44,590 nucleotides of DNA from Planctomycetaceae bacterium (GTDB lineage Bacteria; Planctomycetota; Planctomycetia; Pirellulales; Thermoguttaceae), in assembly GCA_031289675.1 (NCBI GenBank), contig JAITOZ010000008.1, positions 1-44,590 on the forward strand. The letters are read 5' to 3'. The translations under genes were made by a program, and so were the position numbers. The notes under the pieces were generated by a model. It saw only the letters and a program-made list of their open reading frames with translations. It was not told the DNA's origin and did not search any database. Positions 35,101 to 43,256 of this stretch are shown piece by piece. Position 1 is the first letter of the stretch, and the number at the start of each line of letters is the position of its first letter.

Positions 35101-35545
35101 CCAATCGAATCAATATCTGTTCAGTTCTTTGCGTCCGCCGGAGAGTGTAACACTATACATTGCCGACCGAAGTTTTTTGGTCTTATCGGCAAGTGCGGCG
35201 GCATTAGTCGCCGGTTTGTTTTTGATTTACATACCGCAGTCAAGATATGCCGGTTCGCTTTTCGCTTTGGGAATTGCGCTGGCGGCAGTGATTTTTTACC
35301 GTCCTGCGCCGATGCTGTTGTTGCTACAAATGTCGGTTTTCGGCGTTTGCTTGGCTTTGCTCGCCGCATACATTCACCGAATATTTTATAAAAAGGATGT
35401 TTGGGATACCGGTACTTTGCCGGGCTGGGATGACGGTTTTGAACCGGCATTAACGCCGGTACCGAAACACGACTCCGGCAGCGCAATCTCCATCGAAGAA
35501 ATAAAGAGTCACGAATCGGGACACCTGACTCCTATAATACAATGA
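32105..35545 (+). CDS. Giant membrane-anchored protein, module 1: signal peptide, ~1,000-aa ectodomain, three C-terminal TM helices
   Basis: From GTG 32105 the N-terminus is (M)RKIPLFHPLRGLLGILCLLPLAVSVYGQG. The C-terminal hydrophobic helices are FLVLSASAAALVAGLFLIYIP, YAGSLFALGIALAAVIFY and MLLLLQMSVFGVCLALLAAYI. I recognise no domain. The stop overlaps the next ATG (ATGA). Confidence 0.7.
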   Translation: MRKIPLFHPLRGLLGILCLLPLAVSVYGQGTASGTAALPAGTPNIQKVPLDAVVVFNPEGKRSIYLPEGWPLNVLDEFHHFLLQDQQPAVPFVIQDVSASGKVNGNRIEASATISLTIPSSSVTGGITAASRSVRVPLALREAVIAGNGNITVNDKNWQAFLLADGSGYAVLLTSKESGNAPVALKLELPLWFPIRNNGFSITYPLTASSSFLLQIPETGIEAAVTGNSLLDLKTSETITEIKMTGLRSTTEIRWQKKDTQKTEAGILTVEKAFYAYKLDAASSVCEAVIPVSISAGSISKLQIRLPQETKIDMAATEILSAGNYSVSVPDKDFVTNILLTDKVASQVTLKLKTLQVFKSNETGFTRELNGFEVVGAERQSGSLSVSVPAGMKSSWELSSGIRRTENLPSESKDALKPSGSVLNSTAAFHEFIAQPFSLKVRAALPQTRTNVKAEFQYYVSKGLLQLTGRFGYTVSGSKTDKLWIQMADNRWNVEVGPQGLVDTVNVEQDEKGLLTVPLRNPADGTFTLELRAYRLLSPEKEQGHPPKADAQTNTQPLVLTLPKALVTWNEPAPVVIAAANDVEIQPIDTGSGSKTQQITGLTRISRPSAAHLDIAEGLQQEPLFYLSEPTGGTFAADMIIHRQQAAASIQTEIRPCDEYSYVRETIAYNVAYLPADKLYFQVPKNIESAGSVQIRYGNKTLELSDVSGDDKNNASERWIKKVLQLPEPLFKFQLTLQYSIPKIVLAEGVTESMTQQFVLPVNIPVAEHRVDVTLPQGYRIELPEEQNTEWTAVKDRQMTASDVSAVFRSSEPAERIVFRISVTESDFDSALVAERTWLQTWLTGTLRQDRGTYLLTAKRDSITMRLPPEAAREQRVFVRIDNVPVKAEVSAAGVLSIPLTLQQRNRQIYLEIDYRFDSGTLGNAAVLTPPVFENETVIRYAFWEIILPSQKYIIGFPKDWIPEYRWLWRGFFFKRTASIQKEDAGLTADPADVAAIIAQSNQYLFSSLRPPESVTLYIADRSFLVLSASAAALVAGLFLIYIPQSRYAGSLFALGIALAAVIFYRPAPMLLLLQMSVFGVCLALLAAYIHRIFYKKDVWDTGTLPGWDDGFEPALTPVPKHDSGSAISIEEIKSHESGHLTPIIQ

Positions 35546-38500
35546 TACGTATTTTTCGATTTACCTTTCCGATAATTTTTGCTGCGATAATTTTTGCTGC
35601 CGCTCCGCTGCTTTCCGGCGGTGAAACGGAGACTCTGCGCTACCGGCGTTGGCTTGCACCGTTAGAGCAAATCGAAAACTGGCCGTTTCCTCCCGGTCTC
35701 AACGTACCGATTGACCGGCAACTTTTTGAACAATATATCGAACAGTCTGTAACGGAAACACTGTTGTCGGAATCTTCCCCTGCTGTCTTTTCAAAAACTG
35801 TCCTCAAAGCGGAATTTGACGGCAAGTATTCTATTGCAGGAACCGGAATGTTGGAATTGCCGCAGCAGCGGAAAAATCCTGAATCTCTACCGCTTGAGCC
35901 TCTCAATATCCCCGTTCTCGGAGCAAGATGGAACGATGGAACGCAGGCATCATTCGTTTGTGTTCCAGAGGGAATGCTCCGGCTTGTTGTCCCGAATCAA
36001 AATGTCAAACGTCTTGATTTCCGCTGGTCGCTGCAAAACCATACACCGGCAGAAAGTTTGCCGGTGTTTAATATTGCTGTCCCGTTAAGTCTGCAAAGCG
36101 AGTTACAATTTGATATGCCCGATACGGTGATACCGGCATCGTCAAGCGGCATCTTTATTTCTGAAACAGAAAATAATTCTTACCGTAAATCCTGCCGGAT
36201 TTTACTGGGACAAGAGACGAAAACCACGGTAACGTTTCAATCGCTGGCAGAGAAAAGTGTTACAGAAAAAATGCCGTACCGTCAAACGGTTTCGTACCGC
36301 ATTACCGAACAGGGTTTAGATGTTACCGCCCGGTTTCTCTTTGAGAAAATCAATGTCCGTATCAACGAATTGTTTGCCGAGGTGGAAATACCGCTTCGGA
36401 TTACCGATGTCCGGTGCGGAGAACGCAGTATTGCTTGGCAAAAACTGCCGCTTCTCTCCGCTCAGACTGTCAGGATGGATTTATCCGGTGTCAGTGCGGA
36501 ACAGTTGCGGGATTTGACAGTTTTGGCAACAGCACCAGTGCGGGAAAATACGGATTGGAAATTACCCGGAATACAGATTAAAAGCAGCAATGTGTTTTGG
36601 CTCGAAACCCGATGCGGAGTTAATGTTTTCGCTCCGCTGCGAACGTCCGATATTTTTGTAACAAACGGCGTTCAGGTTACGCCGCGGACGGTTGTTGACG
36701 ATATACAGCGGGAACTTTTTACGTTTCAATACTTTGAGCCGGACGCTTCGGTTACGCTCAATACCCGCTACCACAAAGCACAGATGGAGTGTCAATCGGC
36801 AACACAGATTGTTTGGCGGACGGGTGTCATTATGGCAAATACCGTTTTGGAGTGTCAGCAGGAACAAGGCTCCCGTTTTGCTCTGGAATTTCCGCTAGGC
36901 GAAAACTGGATGATCGATTCCGTCAAGAGTTCCGAGAGAAACGAGACGGACAACGTCGAATCGTGGCAGATTTGGAATGACCCGCAAAAAAATGTGCCGC
37001 AAAAATTACTGATACAATTAAAACGTCCGCTGGAAGCGAAAAAAACGTTAATGTTGCAACTAAAAGGGCGGTATCTGAAAAATACCCAGCAGAAGTTTCA
37101 ACTCGAAACATTATTGCCGCTCAAACTTCCATTACTCAAAAGTTCACCGCATTTTATCGGCATTCAATTCGATGATATGCCGTTTCGTCTGCGTTCTGCG
37201 GCAGCAAAAGCCACCATCGCACATCATTTGACACAGGGATTGACCGGCAGTATTTTTATCCTGGATTCTCAAACGCAGACATCGGAATTAGCATTAGTGC
37301 GTGCAGAACCGGATTATACGGCAGAGATAGCGGAAAATATTCTGCTCGCCGAAAACGGAATTGCTGTAACATTTTTATTCCGGTGTCTGCCGGTCAATTC
37401 TTCGGCGGACAGAATCTATGTCCATTTTTCAGCAAAAAATCCCGCCGGTGAAAATTGGCTCTGGACAAGCAGTCAAAGCAATTTGCTGCCGCTTCGGGCA
37501 AAAAAATTATCCGAAAAAGAATTGCCGGAACTGCTGCCGGTTTTCAAAACGGAAGTCCGGTTAGAGGATTTACTTCAAGGTGAAACATGGGAGATACGTC
37601 TTCCGGCACTGCAAACGGAGCCGTTCGATTTACAGGCAGCGGCAACATTGCCGCTTGAGGAGTCGCTGACTGTTCCTTTGGCGGCACTGCCGGCTGCCGT
37701 GTCGCAAAAAGCGGAGATGACCGTATCGTCGCCGCACCGCTTTGATTACCGTATTGTCAATTCGCGGCTCCGCTCGGTCCCGTCGGCAGCGGAATCGTGG
37801 AACAGATATTCAGACATTCAGGCAGCGTTCCGCTATGATCCCGCCGAAGAGTTGCACCGCCCCGGTCAAACATCGCTGTCGTTACAAAAATTACTGCCGA
37901 ACGAAACGGTCAATCGTGCGTGGATTTGGTCGCTGCGGCTCAATTCACGCTACGAACCGGAAGGGAATATCAAACATAATGTGCTGATGTGTATCGAAAA
38001 CAGGGGACGGGAAAATATCACCGTGACCCTGCCTAACGGAATAAGTGTTACAGATATTTCGTCCGTCTTATGCAGCGGTACTCCGGCGGATTGGCGTGCC
38101 GGCGGAGGAACGAACGGTCCGGAAACATCAGGCAATAAAGAATCAAAAAGTAAAGAATCTGATGAGGCGGCACTGCGGCGTTCGCTTACCATTCCGCTGC
38201 CGGCGGGAAAACGTTTTGTAACAATAACGGTCGAATATTCTCATCGGGACGTTCCGCTGGTACAGCAGCGGAAAGTACGTCCGCGTTCTATCACAGCCGA
38301 CATCCCGGTACTCTCCGGTACTTGGACGGCTTGGTTTCCGCCTGATTATGATGTTTATCTGAACCGTACTTCCGTCTCCCCGGCAAAGCCGGCACATTTC
38401 TACGGACTTTCACGGTGTTTGGCATATTGGGGCAGCAGCAAGGGATTCAATCCGGGGTCGATTGAAGATTGGCAGCAGTTTTTTTCGCAGCAGCGGCAAG

Positions 38501-41500
38501 AGGAAGCGGCAGCCATAGCCGATAAGTTCTTCGCAGAAATGGATGAATCATTGAAAAAGAATCAAATTACATCTTGGGGGAATTTTTTGAATAACGACCA
38601 AATTTCTGCCAGCGTTCTTTTCCGCAGCGGTGAGAGCGTCAGCGTCAAATTACTGATTGATAAGCAGGCGTTTCGTTTTATCGGTATCACACCGGCAGCA
38701 CCGATTAACACTTTGATTGCTGTACCGGGGCGGTCTTTTACCGAAGAATTATTTGACCGCAGCGGACTGGTTTTGCTGGTGTCCTCCCGTTTGCGGGCAG
38801 ATAAAGTGAAGGAATACACGCTCGGTATCACCTCGCCGCTCCGGCTTCCGCTGTACCGGCAAATTCAATCCGAACACGCCGGTCATTGTGTCCGGTCTGC
38901 CGCCCCGCAAATTTTTGAACAGCCGGATAATAGAAAAGAAAAAGGACAAAGCGGCACGAACTTATCCGGCGTACCCCTTTGGGATACGCCGGCACATTGG
39001 GTTTCGGAAACGGCTCTTTCGGCATCGCCGTGGCTCGCTGCGCCGCCGTTCACCTCGTCTTTGAACGCCGATTGGCAAGCCGTTGAGTTGCCGGAGGAAG
39101 AAGAACAATTACTGCGCATCGTCCGCCGGGAAACAATGACGGCACTGCAATGGCTGGCGTTTCTTGCAACCGTCTTGATTACCTCCCGCAAAGCGTTGTC
39201 TTCGCCGGTACTCATTCTGCTTTTGCTTTTCGTAACAGAAATGATAGCAAGGACTGTTATCGAATGTTACGTGATGATACCGGCAGGTGTGTTTCTCGGA
39301 CTTTGCGTTTCGCTGGGATTTACCTTGATATATTCCCGCCGCAATATCAAAATAGGGATGCCGCTGCCGCTACACACCATCAAGCCGTATGAATCGACAG
39401 AACTTGATGAACAATTTGTGCCGACGGCAATCCTCGACCGCCAGACGTTAACGACAGGCATAATTATTTTTGTAACGTTATTGTTCTGCCGGAGTACTGC
39501 CGCCGAAGAGACACTGAAACTTTCCGGCTTCGCTTCGCAGCCGTCATTGCCACAGGCACTAGTGCAAAAGGAAGCGTATCGGGTATTCTATCCGACCGAT
39601 TCTGACAAACAGATTGCCGGAAGTGAGGTTTGGCTGCCCTACGAATTTTTGAAGATACTTTCGCAGCAGCAAAAATCGGCGGCAGATACTGTTCAAGAGC
39701 ATTGGTCTATCGTGAGTGCGGAATATCAGGGTTCGCTGATTCGGAATCCGGCAACAGAGTCTCTCGAATCCAAAGGCGGTTTCACGGCGGAATTCACCGT
39801 CATACTTGACGGCGGTCGTGCCGAAATCACACTGGGAAAACTGCCGGTGCAGACGGCAGCGTGGGACGGCAAAACTGCCGCCGTAAGTCAGCGGCTTAAC
39901 AGCAAAAAAGAAACGGTTGCGGTGTTGCTCATCGAAAACGAAGTACCGGGAAAACATTTATTGAATGTCCGTATGCGGGAAACTGCCGTCAAAAGTTTGC
40001 CGCAGGGCAGCGGAATAACGTTTCCGATTCCGAAAATCCCTAACAGTACGCTGCGTTTGAGTCTACCGGACGCTGTGACAGATATTCATCTTGCCGATAG
40101 TTGCGGCAGCGTAACCCGGACAACACTTGACAGAAATATATTATCTGCCGATATAGGACCGGCAGATAATATTTCAGTCATTTGGGACAACGGTACAGAA
40201 ACGGCTGCGGTTCAGCGGACGAGTGTTGAAGAATATCTTTGGCTTTTCGCAAAAGCGGAACAGACGGAATTAAAAGCATTGTTCCGCTTTCATTTTGCAG
40301 ATAATCAAACGAGCCAGGTCAGCATTAAGGCAGACCCCCGCTGGCTGCGTTCGGGGCAGTTTCGATGCGATTCGGTGTCGATAACCGGTCAAGATACGGG
40401 CGATGTTACACAAATTACGTTCCGTTCTCCGCCGGACGGAGCGGTAACACTTCGGGCAGATTTTGTGCCGAAAAATTTTAGCGGTATCGGGAACGTTCTG
40501 ATGCCGCAATTTCAGGTCTTGCAGGCAAAGACGGCAAAAAAAATGCTGGCGGTATCGGCAGAAAACAATCTTGAACTCACACTGCCGCCGCTTGGTCAGA
40601 GCAGCAGTTTTCTCTCCGACTGGTACGGCGAAGGATTACTACTGGATAAGATTCTCGATACACGCTCTTGGAATACGGCTCCCGCAGCACAATATAACGT
40701 CACACCAATACTTCAGGACTGGGTGCTGGGTATTCAGGCAAAGAAAATACTGCCGGATGTAAGAATCAAGGAAGACGTTCTCTTTGATGTAAAGAAATCC
40801 GTTTTCGTAACAGCCGGCGAATTTGAAACAACTGCCGATATTTTTCAACTGCCGTTCATTTTTGATAAAGCGGCAGCGATTGACAGCGTTGAGGTTCGGG
40901 ACTCGCAAAATGGACTCCTTGAAAGCCGCTATGCAGCGGAAAATATGTTAACAGGAAATACGTCAACGGGAGGTACGGAGAGCGGAGCAGCAGATAAAAC
41001 GGGACGCGGAAAAATATTTTTCCGCAAGGCAGCGAAAGGAAAATTTTCTGTTACGGTAACCGGTTCATTCGATGCCGGTTCGCAGAAATTAGAGCCGATA
41101 CCGTCATTGATTTTTACGGATTGTAACGTTAAAGGTCAAACGCTCAATCTTTTCCGGCGTATTTCCACTTTAACAGAAATACACAGCGGACAAAGTGTGT
41201 GGATGAAATCGAATACCGTTCCGTCTCTGCCGGATGCTTTCGTCAGCCGGTCAGCCGCTCCGCTGGACGCAATCACCCTACCGATACTGCCGCTGGGACA
41301 ATATGATGCCGGTACGGCGGACGGTCGTTCTGTTTTTGCTCTGCCGCAGATGCCGCAGGTTCTTACCAAGGTAAACCTTCCAAACTTGCAAGGCGAAACA
41401 CGGCTGACGCTGCATCAGGAAAACGGCGGCTGGGCGATAGAGTATGCCGTTACCGGCAAAATCACCGGCGGAGAACTCAATGAATTCCGCTTGATTTGGG

Positions 41501-43176
41501 ATGAACACTGCCAAGGCGTGCAATCCGTTCAATGCGTCTCACAGCCCTGTGATTGGTCCCTGAAACAAACCGGCGGACATTCCGTCCTCGTGCTTTCACC
41601 GAAAACGCCGCTCACCGGTCATGTGCAGATACACATTAAAGCCGCTTTGCTGCAAGAGGCAGACGAAGTCAGCGTGCCGGTCATTTTTCCCGAAACTGCT
41701 TCGGCAGCGTTGCAAATGTTTGTGCAAATTCCGCAAAAAGCCGGCGAGGAGACACTACCTTGGAAATTGCAGTATCTTGATGTGGCAAAAGAGAACGATA
41801 CAAAAGAGAGCGGGAGATACAAGAATACACACCTCTTGTACCGCATCACCGATAAAGAATATCGGGCGAAAATAAAGCGGACAAATTATGCGCCGGTCAT
41901 AACATTACTCGATACCGGTTTTTTGTTACGCCCCGACGGAACACTCTTTGGATTAGCGGCGGCGGATATCAAAGTTTGGGGACAAGACTCTTGCAGTGTT
42001 CAGTTGCCTGCGGACTGTGAGGTGATTCAGATGACCAGCAACGGAATTATTTTGGGGGGAACGCAGCTCGGCAATAACCGGTGGCAACTCGACTTTTGGG
42101 ACAGCGATTATCCGCAGCGGTTGATTATCCTGTTCCGGCGGAATAAGCGGAATAATAAGAGTAACAATCATAACAAGAACGGTAAAGAACGGAGGGTAGA
42201 GGATGTGCAGGCGGCGGATAATTTATTGCGTTTTCCGCTGCCGGTTTTTGAAGGCATAAAAGTACAGGAAACCCTTTGGTCTCTTATCAAGGAAAGCGGC
42301 GCACCGCTGGAATATGATGTCCAAACGTTACAAAAAGTCCGAACACAGACAAACTGGGATGACAATACAGTGACAGATTTAGGTCGCCGTAAGTTTTTGA
42401 CCGGCAATGATATCGTGCAAACTCAAATTACGGTCAATTTAATCCGTCAACATCACTTATTGCGGCTCTTAAATTCGCTGCCCGCAGCGGCACCCGGACG
42501 GACAGAAGAGGTAAAACGCTGGTACTCGCATTGGTCGGCAGAGTGGGATAGTGTTACGGAAAAAATTAATTATCAGTCGGCATTGACAGCAGCATCGGCG
42601 GCAAACGAGCCGAACAGAAAACAGACGCTTTTGCTTGATTTGCAGCAGGAGTCCGCTCAAGCCGCTTCGACGGCAGTATTTTTAGAAACAATGACTTCAA
42701 AGACACGTGATGCCTTGCTGTTGGCGAAACAGCAAAGCGTGAAAGAAAAAATAGAGAATGTGCCGGGCGAGGGACAAACTGGCACTGCCGTTGCGGTGCC
42801 GATGCTCAATTCTCTTTCTTACTGGCAGGGTCGGCACGGCGGCGAAACGGTGTATCTTTTTGGTGTCAGCAGCGGGGCGGTGGAGGAAATACGTTTGACC
42901 GCCGGTAAAGGGGGCAACGTGTTTCCTTCTGCGGTTTCTTCGGTGTTTTGGATAGTATTGTGCGTTAGTGCAGCGATATCGATTCTGCTGTATTGTAACC
43001 GAATATTTGTAACAGAATTATTTTTACAATTTCCGCATTTTTGGGGAACCGTCGCGGGCTTGTTTCTTTGGTCGGCGACACCGTTGAGCGGAGCGGGAAT
43101 GATTATTGTGATTTTGACGCTACTGTCGCTTTTCCGTCCGTCTTGGCAGCGGAGAAAGATGCCGGAAAAACATTAG
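35542..43176 (+). CDS. Giant membrane protein (2,544 aa), modules 2 and 3
   Basis: N-terminal signal/anchor (FTFPIIFAAIIFAAAPLL), a central cluster of 3 TM helices plus an internal signal-anchor (nt ~39133-39510), and a C-terminal cluster of 3 TM helices. The uninterrupted 7.6-kb ORF has native composition. I recognise no domain. Confidence 0.75.
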   Translation: MIRIFRFTFPIIFAAIIFAAAPLLSGGETETLRYRRWLAPLEQIENWPFPPGLNVPIDRQLFEQYIEQSVTETLLSESSPAVFSKTVLKAEFDGKYSIAGTGMLELPQQRKNPESLPLEPLNIPVLGARWNDGTQASFVCVPEGMLRLVVPNQNVKRLDFRWSLQNHTPAESLPVFNIAVPLSLQSELQFDMPDTVIPASSSGIFISETENNSYRKSCRILLGQETKTTVTFQSLAEKSVTEKMPYRQTVSYRITEQGLDVTARFLFEKINVRINELFAEVEIPLRITDVRCGERSIAWQKLPLLSAQTVRMDLSGVSAEQLRDLTVLATAPVRENTDWKLPGIQIKSSNVFWLETRCGVNVFAPLRTSDIFVTNGVQVTPRTVVDDIQRELFTFQYFEPDASVTLNTRYHKAQMECQSATQIVWRTGVIMANTVLECQQEQGSRFALEFPLGENWMIDSVKSSERNETDNVESWQIWNDPQKNVPQKLLIQLKRPLEAKKTLMLQLKGRYLKNTQQKFQLETLLPLKLPLLKSSPHFIGIQFDDMPFRLRSAAAKATIAHHLTQGLTGSIFILDSQTQTSELALVRAEPDYTAEIAENILLAENGIAVTFLFRCLPVNSSADRIYVHFSAKNPAGENWLWTSSQSNLLPLRAKKLSEKELPELLPVFKTEVRLEDLLQGETWEIRLPALQTEPFDLQAAATLPLEESLTVPLAALPAAVSQKAEMTVSSPHRFDYRIVNSRLRSVPSAAESWNRYSDIQAAFRYDPAEELHRPGQTSLSLQKLLPNETVNRAWIWSLRLNSRYEPEGNIKHNVLMCIENRGRENITVTLPNGISVTDISSVLCSGTPADWRAGGGTNGPETSGNKESKSKESDEAALRRSLTIPLPAGKRFVTITVEYSHRDVPLVQQRKVRPRSITADIPVLSGTWTAWFPPDYDVYLNRTSVSPAKPAHFYGLSRCLAYWGSSKGFNPGSIEDWQQFFSQQRQEEAAAIADKFFAEMDESLKKNQITSWGNFLNNDQISASVLFRSGESVSVKLLIDKQAFRFIGITPAAPINTLIAVPGRSFTEELFDRSGLVLLVSSRLRADKVKEYTLGITSPLRLPLYRQIQSEHAGHCVRSAAPQIFEQPDNRKEKGQSGTNLSGVPLWDTPAHWVSETALSASPWLAAPPFTSSLNADWQAVELPEEEEQLLRIVRRETMTALQWLAFLATVLITSRKALSSPVLILLLLFVTEMIARTVIECYVMIPAGVFLGLCVSLGFTLIYSRRNIKIGMPLPLHTIKPYESTELDEQFVPTAILDRQTLTTGIIIFVTLLFCRSTAAEETLKLSGFASQPSLPQALVQKEAYRVFYPTDSDKQIAGSEVWLPYEFLKILSQQQKSAADTVQEHWSIVSAEYQGSLIRNPATESLESKGGFTAEFTVILDGGRAEITLGKLPVQTAAWDGKTAAVSQRLNSKKETVAVLLIENEVPGKHLLNVRMRETAVKSLPQGSGITFPIPKIPNSTLRLSLPDAVTDIHLADSCGSVTRTTLDRNILSADIGPADNISVIWDNGTETAAVQRTSVEEYLWLFAKAEQTELKALFRFHFADNQTSQVSIKADPRWLRSGQFRCDSVSITGQDTGDVTQITFRSPPDGAVTLRADFVPKNFSGIGNVLMPQFQVLQAKTAKKMLAVSAENNLELTLPPLGQSSSFLSDWYGEGLLLDKILDTRSWNTAPAAQYNVTPILQDWVLGIQAKKILPDVRIKEDVLFDVKKSVFVTAGEFETTADIFQLPFIFDKAAAIDSVEVRDSQNGLLESRYAAENMLTGNTSTGGTESGAADKTGRGKIFFRKAAKGKFSVTVTGSFDAGSQKLEPIPSLIFTDCNVKGQTLNLFRRISTLTEIHSGQSVWMKSNTVPSLPDAFVSRSAAPLDAITLPILPLGQYDAGTADGRSVFALPQMPQVLTKVNLPNLQGETRLTLHQENGGWAIEYAVTGKITGGELNEFRLIWDEHCQGVQSVQCVSQPCDWSLKQTGGHSVLVLSPKTPLTGHVQIHIKAALLQEADEVSVPVIFPETASAALQMFVQIPQKAGEETLPWKLQYLDVAKENDTKESGRYKNTHLLYRITDKEYRAKIKRTNYAPVITLLDTGFLLRPDGTLFGLAAADIKVWGQDSCSVQLPADCEVIQMTSNGIILGGTQLGNNRWQLDFWDSDYPQRLIILFRRNKRNNKSNNHNKNGKERRVEDVQAADNLLRFPLPVFEGIKVQETLWSLIKESGAPLEYDVQTLQKVRTQTNWDDNTVTDLGRRKFLTGNDIVQTQITVNLIRQHHLLRLLNSLPAAAPGRTEEVKRWYSHWSAEWDSVTEKINYQSALTAASAANEPNRKQTLLLDLQQESAQAASTAVFLETMTSKTRDALLLAKQQSVKEKIENVPGEGQTGTAVAVPMLNSLSYWQGRHGGETVYLFGVSSGAVEEIRLTAGKGGNVFPSAVSSVFWIVLCVSAAISILLYCNRIFVTELFLQFPHFWGTVAGLFLWSATPLSGAGMIIVILTLLSLFRPSWQRRKMPEKH

Positions 43177-43256
43177 GAGGCTTAACTGCAAGGAAGATTG
43201 GAGCGTTGAAATAAGGGCTGAAATCCTTAAATTACCTTTGAAAACAATCTTCAATC

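Noticed and set aside
43177-43256. Inverted repeat GAAGATTG...CAATCTTC between the convergent giant and VWA genes as a bidirectional terminator
   Set aside because: The loop would be about 46 nt, and there is no adjacent T run on either strand.
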